From: a virus
DNA: 64,000 nt
IMG/VR virus record: IMGVR_UViG_3300030104_003613
Reading direction: 5' to 3' (one strand)
Below, piece after piece: positions 1-8,932 of this stretch. Made by a program: the position numbers and the translations under genes. The notes beneath the pieces were generated by a model. That model did not search any database, was not told the origin of the DNA, and saw only the letters and a program-made list of their open reading frames with translations. The first letter of the stretch is position 1; the number at the start of each line of letters is the position of its first letter.

Positions 1-878
1 CGTCCTGCTACATTCTTCCATAGGCCACCAAGTTCGCCAAGCTCCAAGAGGCCATAATACCGATCAAGACCCCGCTCATCATAATACAAACGTATTGTAA
101 CATCTTTATTCTCCTTGCTTAAACGCGACTTGTGCGTCTTAGCCTTGATAAGATTTCCGACAATTTCCGTTCCATCCTTTTCTTTTTTCTTTGAGAGATA
201 AATGATCGTAGACGCGGCATACTTGAGGCCGCTGCCGCCTCCCATTTCCTTAGTAGGGACATAAGATCCAATGACATCGTAGGTATGATTCGTAACAATC
301 ATGGGAATGTTTGCTTGACCAAGTTTCAGGGTGAGCATCCTGAAAGCGCCCTTGACAAGTTGCGATTTGGTCATGTCGCGAACTTGTTTGTCGTCAAGGG
401 CATCACGAATTTCTTTCTCTGTGGAAAGCATTCCCAGAGAGTCTAGCACAAACATACAGGGTTTGCGATCCTCTGTGGGGGTCTTTAAATATATATCCAC
501 CGCTTTCAGTGCTTTGGTTCTGAACTCTTCGATGGTAACGACATTAACAACGACGACGCGAGTAAGGTCAAGACCACGGCTCGCGAGTAGGGATTTATTA
601 ACTGCGGCTTCAGTGTCAAAATAGAGACAGTAACCGTCAGGGTTAGAATCGAGGAAATTCTTAACAACCGCAAGTGAGAAGAAAGTTTTTCCAGTGCTAG
701 ACTCGCCAGCAATGGCAGTAATCTTATTCCCAGATACGCCACCAAATATGCTACCTGAAACAACTCCATTAAGAATGTATGAACCCGTATCCACAAAGGT
801 CTCTGTGTCGTCGATGTCTGCTGCGAGTTTTGTGTACTCATCTCCAATCTCTTTTACGATGTCTTTAAGGAAATCCAT
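1..878 (-). CDS. uvsX: UvsX RecA-like recombinase (3' end runs off the window)
   Basis: Manual translation from ATG at 878: [15 protein letters not shown]...[11 protein letters not shown] (Walker A)...FDTEAA...VLDSLGML...[17 protein letters not shown] overlap with the gp43 stop. Not in the ORF track because it is truncated. Confidence 0.95.
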   Translation of the reverse strand, partial: MDFLKDIVKEIGDEYTKLAADIDDTETFVDTGSYILNGVVSGSIFGGVSGNKITAIAGESSTGKTFFSLAVVKNFLDSNPDGYCLYFDTEAAVNKSLLASRGLDLTRVVVVNVVTIEEFRTKALKAVDIYLKTPTEDRKPCMFVLDSLGMLSTEKEIRDALDDKQVRDMTKSQLVKGAFRMLTLKLGQANIPMIVTNHTYDVIGSYVPTKEMGGGSGLKYAASTIIYLSKKKEKDGTEIVGNLIKAKTHKSRLSKENKDVTIRLYYDERGLDRYYGLLELGELGGLWKNVAG

Positions 879-3373
879 TATCCAAAAAATAGTTCTAGGT
901 TTACAACTTTCTCGACGTTCCATCCAATAGCGTCAAGTATGACCTTTACAGGTTCTAGGAATGCCTTGTCAAATTGTAAATCGTAATCGATATACTTGTC
1001 AAGTCCTAGTTCGTGTGGGAAATCCGAGATGAAAGAAATCACATTCTCTCTAATCGGATTCGCTTTCTTCAACATGACAAACTTAATCTTCTCACCATTA
1101 TTGATGAGAGAATATTTGTTTGACAATCCCTTTTCTTTTATATAGTGATTATAGAGCAAAGAACCACGAACATGCATAGGGCATCCCTTACCGTAAACAG
1201 TTACGGAATTCTTATGCTTATTAACATCACTCACAGTTCTAGGGAAGGCAATCTCCTCTGGAGACAGTTTCTTGAACTTTGCTCTGGCATCTTCAATGAA
1301 GTCAATGACCTCATCTTCTGTACCACTCATCATCAGGTGTAGGGCATCCTTAATCATTTTCCTACAAGGAGCAGGAGTAGACGACTTAACCGCCTCAATA
1401 CCCATCATTTTCAGTTTAGGTTCTTCGTACCGCACACCCTCACTATCCCACACGTTGAGGATGTATCTCTTCTTTGCAGTCCAGATGCCACGTTCAGCGA
1501 TATTCTCCCGCTTCATCTGCATCTTCTGCTCGTAGGCATTTACATACGTCGCAAGATCCTGATAACAGGATTCGATGAACGGTTCCAACTTGTCTTCACA
1601 GATCGTGTTAAGGATTTCCACAAGTTTAGTCGTTTCGCTAATACGACTACTATAAAATTTATCAACAAGAGGTCCGAAATTAATATAGATTGAGTCAGTA
1701 TCGGATGCGATAACATAATCGATACTATTTGTTTTGAGCAAGTTATTTATATACTCATTCACACGGTTCTCAATCCAACGGATAGAAGTTTGCCCAGAAA
1801 GGGTGATTGCTTCAGCGTTTGCTAATTTATAATAGCGGAAGTATTGATTACCAATCGCACCATAGGCAGAGTTGAGAGCAATCTTTTTAGCCATCTGAAT
1901 GTTGTTACATCTGGCAATTTCTTTCTCAAGTACCGCAGTGGGCGTCTTCTCATACTGCTGCTTGGCAGCGAGCATTCGTTTCTTGAAGATAACTCGTTCC
2001 GCATACATTTTCTCCATCAATTCAGGCAAGAATCCTTTGATATCCTTACGGAACATCGCACCGTTCGCGCAAACAGCATAGTCTTTATACATCTCAAAGG
2101 TAAGATCTTTATTCAAAATCTTATCGACAGTGACTGACGGATGTTTCTCATCGACCAGTGTTTCTGGTGAAATGTTATACTGCATCATCAAGTGAGGATA
2201 CAGAGAGTTAAGGTCAAAAGATACCACCCAGTCATACTTACCAGGTTTGGGTTCTTTCACATACGCACCAGCAAACTTATCACTCTTCTCCGACCTGTCG
2301 CGAGGAGGAATGACAATGTTTCTGTTCTTCAAATAGTTGTAGATGATACTGTCCCACATGCGAACTTGAAACATCACATCATTGTAGTTTACTTTGGCAG
2401 TGTATGCCATCGTTAATGCCAACTCAATTAGTTTCATCTTGTCTTCCATCCGGTCAACAAGTTCCACGTCAACAATGTTGTAGTCTACAAACTTCTTCCA
2501 GTTACCACGATAGAAATCTCGGAATGTATCAAACTCACTGTGGTCTAACTTCTTTTGACCGAGTTCAACTTCAGCAATATAGTCCAAGCGATAGGACTCT
2601 TGTGCCTTGTAAGTAAACTTCTTATACAGTTCCAGATAGTCAAGTGTAGCAACACCTTCCAAGTCAAAGATGTTAAACATGCGACCAGTGATCTGAATCT
2701 CCTCATGACGAACCAAACCCCATGGTGAGAGTTGCTTCATCTTCTTCTCACCCATGACACGGGTGATACGACCACACAGGTAAGGGATGTCATATAGGCG
2801 ACAGTTCCAACCAGTCACCACATCAGGTGTGTTTTGCTGCCACCAATACAAGAATGCCTCAAGCATCTCCACCTCTTCGGAGAAGTGATGATAGGTCACA
2901 TTTGCTTGTGTAGGAGCATAGGGGTGACGACCCCAGGTTATGATCTTCTTGGTGTTGTAATCCTGAAGTGAGATGGTCAACATCTCTTCAGAGCAGGACT
3001 CTGGATCTGGAAATCCATGCTCTGCCTGAACCTCAATATCAATCGTTACAAGATTGATTTTTGCGATGTCAAACTTAATTTCCTCTTCAGGATATTTCTC
3101 AGAGATATATTGACAGACATATCTGTCCTGCCCGTAAATCTTGAACCCATCAATATCATCATATTTACGATAGAAATCACGACAATCACGAACTGATCCT
3201 GGTTGAATCGGTTCTACATTATCACCTTCAAGTGTCTTCCACTTGCTTTCTCTTTTTGACTTTACATAAAGTGTAGGTTGATATTCTTCTCTGTATGATA
3301 CCTTTTTTCCATCCTCATATCCACGAAACAGAAAATTGTTACCAATCATCTGAACGTTGGTGTAAAACCTCAC
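878..3373 (-). CDS. gp43: Family B DNA polymerase
   Basis: ExoI DIE, motif [10 protein letters not shown], motif B KxxLNSAYG, motif C ASDTDS, KKRY; 831 aa with no intein. Confidence 0.98.
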   Translation of the reverse strand: MRFYTNVQMIGNNFLFRGYEDGKKVSYREEYQPTLYVKSKRESKWKTLEGDNVEPIQPGSVRDCRDFYRKYDDIDGFKIYGQDRYVCQYISEKYPEEEIKFDIAKINLVTIDIEVQAEHGFPDPESCSEEMLTISLQDYNTKKIITWGRHPYAPTQANVTYHHFSEEVEMLEAFLYWWQQNTPDVVTGWNCRLYDIPYLCGRITRVMGEKKMKQLSPWGLVRHEEIQITGRMFNIFDLEGVATLDYLELYKKFTYKAQESYRLDYIAEVELGQKKLDHSEFDTFRDFYRGNWKKFVDYNIVDVELVDRMEDKMKLIELALTMAYTAKVNYNDVMFQVRMWDSIIYNYLKNRNIVIPPRDRSEKSDKFAGAYVKEPKPGKYDWVVSFDLNSLYPHLMMQYNISPETLVDEKHPSVTVDKILNKDLTFEMYKDYAVCANGAMFRKDIKGFLPELMEKMYAERVIFKKRMLAAKQQYEKTPTAVLEKEIARCNNIQMAKKIALNSAYGAIGNQYFRYYKLANAEAITLSGQTSIRWIENRVNEYINNLLKTNSIDYVIASDTDSIYINFGPLVDKFYSSRISETTKLVEILNTICEDKLEPFIESCYQDLATYVNAYEQKMQMKRENIAERGIWTAKKRYILNVWDSEGVRYEEPKLKMMGIEAVKSSTPAPCRKMIKDALHLMMSGTEDEVIDFIEDARAKFKKLSPEEIAFPRTVSDVNKHKNSVTVYGKGCPMHVRGSLLYNHYIKEKGLSNKYSLINNGEKIKFVMLKKANPIRENVISFISDFPHELGLDKYIDYDLQFDKAFLEPVKVILDAIGWNVEKVVNLELFFG

Positions 3374-3639
3374 TTCAATAATCCTTCGTACTTGTCTTTT
3401 AGTTTACCAGTTGGTTCAGCAATGGTCAAGATTTTATCAGAGTGAATCATAAATGTGTTTTGATTAGTCAAGTCAACCAACCAAGGACTCATGGATCCTG
3501 TTCCATCAGGATTAATGACAAAAGGTTCTGTCAATTTACAATCAGGAGAACCCAGTTCAGACGTAACCTCTTCTATTTCACTGATCAAGACTAAACCAGT
3601 CATCATATAAAGAATTTTACAGTTTACGTTTTCGCTCAT
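3370..3639 (-). CDS. Conserved hypothetical protein, possible Sm-like fold
   Basis: 89-aa ORF coupled to gp43 (GTGA overlap); pattern shared with 7211..7495 and 17736..18122. Confidence 0.75.
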   Translation of the reverse strand: MSENVNCKILYMMTGLVLISEIEEVTSELGSPDCKLTEPFVINPDGTGSMSPWLVDLTNQNTFMIHSDKILTIAEPTGKLKDKYEGLLK

Positions 3640-3791
3640 TTACCAACTCCATAATCAGGTGCTTTCAGTTCTAGTTCTGCGATTGTCTTTTGAAATTTCC
3701 TAATCGCTTCTTTTGCTTCGGGTGTTTCTTCCCACTCCCAAGATTCCTCACGACCTTTACTATCTGTTTTTTTGAATTCTTTTTTAGTCAT
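3636..3791 (-). CDS. Small hypothetical protein (51 aa)
   Basis: Manual translation MTKKEFKKTDSKGREESWEWEETPEAKEAIRKFQKTIAELELKAPDYGVGK; ATGA overlaps at both ends fill the gap exactly. Confidence 0.75.
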   Translation of the reverse strand: MTKKEFKKTDSKGREESWEWEETPEAKEAIRKFQKTIAELELKAPDYGVGK

Positions 3792-4087
3792 GATTCTACC
3801 TTTACTTCTACTTTTTTCTCAACTTTTTGTTTGACTTCAACTGGGGGAGCAGGGATAGGATGATACCGTCGATACCGGGCAGTTTCAAAAGTCTCAAAGA
3901 TCTCCTCTGGATTGCCATAACAGATCTTCTTTCTAACTTCAACAATCTCGTCATAAGGGTCAGACTTAACGTCTGGCCACTCACGTTGAGCGTTTTCAGT
4001 AACTTGACGACTGATCACTTCATAATCAACACCGTCTCCAGAGACCGGTTGAACGCATTCCACATATTCTTTTTGTTTAGGTGCCAT
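3788..4087 (-). CDS. Hypothetical protein
   Basis: 99-aa ORF packed into the operon. Confidence 0.75.
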   Translation of the reverse strand: MAPKQKEYVECVQPVSGDGVDYEVISRQVTENAQREWPDVKSDPYDEIVEVRKKICYGNPEEIFETFETARYRRYHPIPAPPVEVKQKVEKKVEVKVES

Positions 4088-4089
4088 GA

Positions 4090-4251
4090 TCAGAAGGATT
4101 TGGTGTGAATGTCAAGTTCCCCATCATCAATGTGGGCGTGATCAATATGTTCAATGTGACCATGCACCATATTTATTGTGATGGTCCCACTCTCTAACAC
4201 TGTTGCTATCCTCTCAAGGGCATCAGCGATTCTGTCCTGGTCCATAATCAT
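4090..4251 (-). CDS. Small His/Asp-rich hypothetical protein (53 aa)
   Basis: Manual translation MIMDQDRIADALERIATVLESGTITINMVHGHIEHIDHAHIDDGELDIHTKSF, directly downstream of a sigma70-type promoter. Confidence 0.75.
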   Translation of the reverse strand: MIMDQDRIADALERIATVLESGTITINMVHGHIEHIDHAHIDDGELDIHTKSF

Positions 4252-4266
4252 AGATCTTCTCTACAT

Positions 4267-4295
4267 ATCATAAAGCATAAAAAAGGGGGTGTCAA
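4267..4295 (-). promoter_or_regulatory. Host sigma70-like (early/middle) promoter
   Basis: TTGACA (4295-4290), 17 bp, TATGAT (4272-4267). Confidence 0.8.
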
Positions 4296-4317
4296 CTGGA
4301 TTGTGCCAGTTCCCCCT
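4279..4317 (-). terminator. Rho-independent terminator downstream of hsp20
   Basis: GGGGG-AACTGG-cacaat-CCAGTT-gaca-CCCCC followed by TTTTTT. Confidence 0.8.
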
Positions 4318-4348
4318 CTGCCCATAGGGCGGCGACGATATGAATTAT

Positions 4349-4786
4349 TTAGTCTGACCCAAACCAGAGTTTCTTCTGGTGCTTCTCTGGGACAATGCGG
4401 TTTAACACCACAGACAGGATACCATCAACGAACTCCACATTGCTCACCTCAACGTCTTCAGAGAGCGTCCAGGCGCGTTTAAACGAGCGTAGGGCAAGAC
4501 CACGATGGACATACTCTCGTTCCGCCGTGTCCTCCTTGGATGCCTCTACAAACAGTTGTCCCGATTCAGTATATGCTTTAACTTCTTTGCTACTGAATCC
4601 AGCGAGTGCTAGTTCAAGAGTGTAGGTATTCTCGTCCACTTTCACCAAGTTATACGGCGGGTAGTTTACATCCTCCGCACTAGAAAGTTGTTTGTTAAAC
4701 CACTCATTCACTCCAATCGAATGCTTATCGATGTCACGGACAAAGCGATCTAGATCCGCAGCACCGTAGTGTGCTAGTGTTCTCAT
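4349..4786 (-). CDS. hsp20: Small heat shock protein (Hsp20/IbpA family)
   Basis: NYPPYNL, LELALAGFS, YVHRGLALRSFKRAWTL, DGILSV; start moved to MRTLAH after the AGGAG RBS. Confidence 0.95.
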   Translation of the reverse strand: MRTLAHYGAADLDRFVRDIDKHSIGVNEWFNKQLSSAEDVNYPPYNLVKVDENTYTLELALAGFSSKEVKAYTESGQLFVEASKEDTAEREYVHRGLALRSFKRAWTLSEDVEVSNVEFVDGILSVVLNRIVPEKHQKKLWFGSD

Positions 4787-4843
4787 TATGGTAGCTCCTA
4801 TAAAAGCGAGTTTGTGTTTTGTGGACCCCGAAGGCATCCAATA

Positions 4844-4851
4844 TATTTATA
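4844..4851 (-). promoter_or_regulatory. gp55-dependent late promoter for hsp20
   Basis: Perfect TATAAATA followed by a leader with a cUUCGg hairpin. Confidence 0.8.
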
Positions 4852-4863
4852 GCACAATACGAT

Positions 4864-4895
4864 AAAAGGAGATACAGCAACAACCGTATCTCCTT
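4864..4895 (-). terminator. Rho-independent terminator downstream of regA
   Basis: 10-bp perfect stem AAGGAGATAC/GTATCTCCTT followed by T residues. Confidence 0.75.
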
Positions 4896-4945
4896 ATAGG
4901 GGTTTCCGACTTTTGAAGCGACCGCACGAAAGATCGCAGAATTAT

Positions 4946-5383
4946 TTATTCTTTCTCTTCGCTTTTACTTTTCTTGCCTATATTATATTTTTGCTCCAGC
5001 ACCCAATTGTGTTTCTCTTTATAGGGAAGAACTTTGATTTGATTTAGCGGAGCAATATCTAGAATAGTATCTTCATTCACAACACTAATGAGGCCCCAGT
5101 CAGCAAGAAGGCGAGTAATACGATTCCTACGCTGAACGTCGTTAACAGTAAGGTTAGCGTACTTGCCGTCAAGAGCAAACAACTCCTTAAAATGCACTAT
5201 GTAATATTTACCTTGTTTATGCAAAATATGGCAGGATTGATAAAGTTTCTTCTCTTTTCGTGAAGCTACACCAATTCTTGTTAATGTTTCCCTCACTTTA
5301 AGAAAGTCATCAGGGGCGTTCAATCTGACCTCAATCATTTGATCTTGAGACCAATTTACCTGCGGTTCAGTAGTTTGTGTCAT
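4946..5383 (-). CDS. regA: Translational repressor RegA
   Basis: DDFLKVRETLTRIGVAS, LYQSCHILHKQGKYYIVHFKELF. Confidence 0.97.
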   Translation of the reverse strand: MTQTTEPQVNWSQDQMIEVRLNAPDDFLKVRETLTRIGVASRKEKKLYQSCHILHKQGKYYIVHFKELFALDGKYANLTVNDVQRRNRITRLLADWGLISVVNEDTILDIAPLNQIKVLPYKEKHNWVLEQKYNIGKKSKSEEKE

Positions 5384-5748
5384 TTTGTACCACCAGTGTC
5401 AAGTCGTTGTTTAATAAAATCGATCTGTTCATTTGATAAAATCTTCAGTGCTTGAGACGCTTTCTCGTTACTGTAACCATAGTATTGTTTGACACAATCA
5501 AGGTCGGTGACTTTATCCTTACGGATCCAAGGAGAGAATCTTTTTCTCTTTCTCAAGATATTTAGATAAAATTCATATTGTAGATCTTTGTCAAGAAAAT
5601 GATACTTGTTCATTTCATTAGCAAACATCACACAGTCTAGGTGACCAGATAAACAACGATTGACAATGAAAGGAGGATAATCACGAATACTATCACTCAA
5701 ATTCTCCTTGTTAAAATTAATTGAGTTCAACCAATCCTTCAGTTCCAC
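5380..5748 (-). CDS. gp62: Clamp loader small subunit
   Basis: YPPFIVNRCLS, FANEMN, RKRKRFSPW, YYGYSNEKA; sits before regA. Confidence 0.92.
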   Translation of the reverse strand: MELKDWLNSINFNKENLSDSIRDYPPFIVNRCLSGHLDCVMFANEMNKYHFLDKDLQYEFYLNILRKRKRFSPWIRKDKVTDLDCVKQYYGYSNEKASQALKILSNEQIDFIKQRLDTGGTK

Positions 5749-6134
5749 AGTTCTTCCTCAATATATCTTTTAAGTTCCTTGTCCTCAACATCATTTGGAA
5801 TCTCATTCTTATAAAAGATCCTGTAACTATCAGACCCATACTTACCAATGCCAAAGAGTTTGGTGGCATCCCCACCATCCCACTTAAGTATATCATGAGT
5901 CATACGCATGATGCGATGTGCCCTAATATTAAACATACCGAGTGGTTTAATAAAGTCAGAGAGGGTATCATGATCCCACACCTCCAGGAACTCCTCTGGT
6001 GTGGGTGTCATCTTGAATAGTTCGGTAAGGATTGGTTTTACCTGATTGCGGGAGGTTAGGTTGAGACAAATGACACCAACCATGTGCTGCCATACATTCT
6101 CTACCTGTTGTTGGACCATCAATTCATCGACCAT
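5739..6134 (-). CDS. HhH-GPD superfamily DNA glycosylase (minimal, MBD4/endonuclease III-like)
   Basis: WQHMVGVICLNLT, IKPLGMFNIRA, HhH LFGIGKYGSDSYRIF, DKEL catalytic Asp region; probable start MVDELM. Confidence 0.8.
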   Translation of the reverse strand: MVDELMVQQQVENVWQHMVGVICLNLTSRNQVKPILTELFKMTPTPEEFLEVWDHDTLSDFIKPLGMFNIRAHRIMRMTHDILKWDGGDATKLFGIGKYGSDSYRIFYKNEIPNDVEDKELKRYIEEELWN

Positions 6135-6960
6135 AATTAAAAAGTAAAAGTTCTTTGCGTTCCTTTTGCTCACGCATATACTCACCTACCGAGCGCATGG
6201 TGTAAGTGAGATCGAATTCAGCAGCATTCCATGACTTGAAGCGGTCCATGACCAACTGGGCGGAGTTATAACTGACAAGACAATCCATAGAGCAATTATC
6301 GCAGTCAGAGGCAAACCCATCGTGATCAAATCTCTTGTGCATTGATCCCTTTTTTCCATAGAGGTTGTCTTTGATGTCATAGGGAGGGTCCAGATAAACA
6401 AACGCATTTATATCAGATCCTTCGTCAAGAAGTCTCTCATATGAATAATTAGTTATATCCCAATTTTTAATCAACTGCGTGTAACCCTCAAGTTTTAAGA
6501 TACCCTTCATCGAAAAGTTACTATCAGATGCTTGAGAGGAGAAAGAAGAACTTTCAGTCAGACCAGAGAAAGAACATTTGTTGATGACATAAAAAGATAT
6601 CGCTCTCCATAGAGGATCTTCATTGTTGTGCTCAAGATAATCCTTTGACGACAAGAACAATCCCCTAGCAGAACCAGGATCAGGATAACGAGACTTTAAC
6701 TCCATCAGTTTCATTCGGAGTTCATATCCATTCTCCTGAAGTTGCTGCCAGAAGTTAACCAGTGGTTCATACAAGTCATTGACCCAAATCTTTACGTCTG
6801 GATACTTCTTGGTGACATATATGGAAACACTACCTCCACCTAAAAAAGGTTCCCTGAACTCATCGTAATCACGGAGATCAGGGATATAGGGTCCAATCTT
6901 TTTAGTGGCACGACTCTTACCACCGGGATAACGAAGAGGGGTTTTCAAAGATTTCATCAA
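6124..6960 (-). CDS. dam: DNA adenine methyltransferase (Dam/D12 class)
   Basis: PLRYPGGKS, EPFLGGGSV (motif I), YLDPPY (motif IV). Confidence 0.93.
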   Translation of the reverse strand: MMKSLKTPLRYPGGKSRATKKIGPYIPDLRDYDEFREPFLGGGSVSIYVTKKYPDVKIWVNDLYEPLVNFWQQLQENGYELRMKLMELKSRYPDPGSARGLFLSSKDYLEHNNEDPLWRAISFYVINKCSFSGLTESSSFSSQASDSNFSMKGILKLEGYTQLIKNWDITNYSYERLLDEGSDINAFVYLDPPYDIKDNLYGKKGSMHKRFDHDGFASDCDNCSMDCLVSYNSAQLVMDRFKSWNAAEFDLTYTMRSVGEYMREQKERKELLLFNYGR

Positions 6961-7214
6961 TACCTTATGTTAAAACCGTGTTCAAACCATAGACGATTAT
7001 AGATGGGATGCTTCCACGCATTACCATGATGACCTCTACCAGGTCCATTGTGAGAGTGTCTGTGACAGTGAGTATATCCTCTTCTGGCATGGTAATGGCA
7101 ATGATTGTGGGAGTGACGATGTGGTCTCCAACCGTGTCTTTTATGTGCCAGTGCTGGTTCGGCAACTGCGATAGCAGCACAGATTGTTAGGCACGAAAGA
7201 ATTACTTTTTTCAT
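6957..7214 (-). CDS. His-rich exported small protein
   Basis: Signal-peptide-like N-terminus ending ALA, then 16 His including HRHSHNHCHYH and HCHRHSH; ATGA overlaps on both sides. Confidence 0.8.
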   Translation of the reverse strand: MKKVILSCLTICAAIAVAEPALAHKRHGWRPHRHSHNHCHYHARRGYTHCHRHSHNGPGRGHHGNAWKHPIYNRLWFEHGFNIRY

Positions 7215-7495
7215 AGGATTAGTTTTTTACTAGGTGTTTGAATTGGGGAAAAGATCTTCTCGTAGTTGTCTACAATTTCTTCTCTTGCTTCAATAGTATA
7301 AACGATATATTCCTTGGCGATTTTGATAGTCGCATCTTCTTTCGCAAGAGTAGACCAAGGAGCAAAACCAACCTGTCCTTGGGCATTAGGTAAAGCAACC
7401 AGAGGATGCTCTACTTCAAGAAACTCATCGTCTTCGTTGATAAGGGTGAAGATAACTTCTTCACCAGTGTTCATTCGCAATACTTTAACGTTCAT
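7211..7495 (-). CDS. Conserved hypothetical protein, possible Sm-like fold
   Basis: VKVLRMNTGEEVI...HPLV...FAPW; in operon. Confidence 0.8.
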   Translation of the reverse strand: MNVKVLRMNTGEEVIFTLINEDDEFLEVEHPLVALPNAQGQVGFAPWSTLAKEDATIKIAKEYIVYTIEAREEIVDNYEKIFSPIQTPSKKLIL

Positions 7496-7650
7496 TTCAG
7501 TGCTAATTGTAAAAGTTCAGTGAGATCTGCTGTGTTCTGTGCCATGGTTCGATATCCAGTTCCAACATACACTTGCCCCGTAAAAACAATGAGGGTCATG
7601 GCACCCCAGAAGTAATAATACAATCTGGACTTCTTTTGTCTAGGTTTCAT
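7492..7650 (-). CDS. Small membrane protein (52 aa)
   Basis: Manual translation MKPRQKKSRLYYYFWGAMTLIVFTGQVYVGTGYRTMAQNTADLTELLQLALK; ATGA overlaps with both neighbours. Confidence 0.7.
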   Translation of the reverse strand: MKPRQKKSRLYYYFWGAMTLIVFTGQVYVGTGYRTMAQNTADLTELLQLALK

Positions 7651-8600
7651 TTGAATTCACACTCCACCATAATTTCAGTTAGACAAGCGAGCATATTTAT
7701 TTCCTGATCTGCCACGAACGCACTCTGGTACTGATACTTAGCAATAATAAGGACAGCAGCAGCAATGCCAGGACCTGCCAAGTGTGCGTAAAGAGCATCG
7801 TAAATACTACGCAGAAGTACAGTAGGATCATTGTCCAGATTATCAACAACCCACTTCCGTGTGGCGGGGAAATCTTTCTCTTTAAGGAACCTAAAAAGGT
7901 CATCGGTCTTGACATTACTAAAAGCAGCGAGGATACCTGAATCAATTTTACCACTGACGGAGTAACGTTGCAACTCATTGAGCACACGACGCCAGTCAGG
8001 GAAGTGCTTATTGATTAGTTCAGCAAGGACTTTGCCTTCAAAATCAATTCTCTCCAAAACGAGGATGTCTTGGAGTCTCTTGAAGAATTGTCCGGCAAGT
8101 TGTTGTCTTTCTTTTCCTCTGATTCCAAACTCAACCACTGAACATCTGGAGTGAAGTGGAGCGATGATTTTGTTTTTGTAGTTACAGGTGAAGATGAATC
8201 GGCAGTTGCCAATAAACTCCTCAGTAAACGCCCGTAAGCAGAGTTGTACATCTGGGGTTGTGTTATCTGCCTCATCAATGATGACGACTTTGTGTTTCGC
8301 AGTTGAAGAAAGCGAGACGGTCGAAGCGAAATTCTTCGCATTGTTTCGGACAGTTTCCAAGAATCGTCCTTCATCGGATCCGTTGATGACATAGTAATCT
8401 ACTCCAAGTTCCTCACACAGTGCCTTTGCGACAGTGGTCTTTCCACACCCAGGAGGTCCAGACAGCAACAAATTTGGCACTTCTCCCTTATCTAGGAAGT
8501 CTTGGAATGTCTTCTTGATGTTGTCAGGAAGTATACACTCTTCAATAGTTTTGGGTCTGTATTTTTCAACCCAAATAAATTCACTGCGACTCATAATCAT
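7647..8600 (-). CDS. gp44: Clamp loader AAA+ subunit
   Basis: WVEKYRP, GPPGCGKTT, IIDEAD, SRC motif. Confidence 0.97.
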   Translation of the reverse strand: MIMSRSEFIWVEKYRPKTIEECILPDNIKKTFQDFLDKGEVPNLLLSGPPGCGKTTVAKALCEELGVDYYVINGSDEGRFLETVRNNAKNFASTVSLSSTAKHKVVIIDEADNTTPDVQLCLRAFTEEFIGNCRFIFTCNYKNKIIAPLHSRCSVVEFGIRGKERQQLAGQFFKRLQDILVLERIDFEGKVLAELINKHFPDWRRVLNELQRYSVSGKIDSGILAAFSNVKTDDLFRFLKEKDFPATRKWVVDNLDNDPTVLLRSIYDALYAHLAGPGIAAAVLIIAKYQYQSAFVADQEINMLACLTEIMVECEFK

Positions 8601-8932
8601 TCCAAAGGACGAACAAATTCATTAGACACAATATCAGTTGCCTTCAATTGTTCTTTCATATACTCTACACCAGCATCAGTCAGTTGTCCATCTCCGCATG
8701 TGAAGATATCACACAGGGCCATCTCCTTTTCAGGCCAGGTATGAATACTGATATGACTCTCAGCAATCATGGCATATCCCGTAACCCCTTGGGGTTCAAA
8801 CTTATGAACATTTAAATCTAATAGGGTTGCCTCACACTTTTGTACTGTTCTAAAGAGCATAATACGAATGTGCTCTGGGTCATCTAGTAATTCAAATGGA
8901 CATCCCTTTAGTGTAAAGAGAGCGTGTTTCAT
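8597..8932 (-). CDS. speD: S-adenosylmethionine decarboxylase proenzyme (pyruvoyl-dependent)
   Basis: HKFEPQGVT, ESHISIHTWPE self-cleavage site, DIFTCG. Confidence 0.93.
   Translation of the reverse strand: MKHALFTLKGCPFELLDDPEHIRIMLFRTVQKCEATLLDLNVHKFEPQGVTGYAMIAESHISIHTWPEKEMALCDIFTCGDGQLTDAGVEYMKEQLKATDIVSNEFVRPLE

Noticed and set aside
878-3373. Intein or intron in gp43 (also checked gp17, uvsW, gp20, gp23)
   Set aside because: Lengths are normal and frames continuous; no intein splice motifs or homing endonuclease ORFs.
4279-4345. Glutamine (glnA/downstream-peptide) riboswitch, suggested by the AUCGU start
   Set aside because: The GGAAGUA and GAAGxAACG elements are absent; kept only as a candidate sRNA.
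4787-4837. N-terminal extension of Hsp20 given in the ORF track
   Set aside because: That ATG is only a few nt from the late promoter and inside a hairpin; the AGGAG RBS supports the start at 4786.
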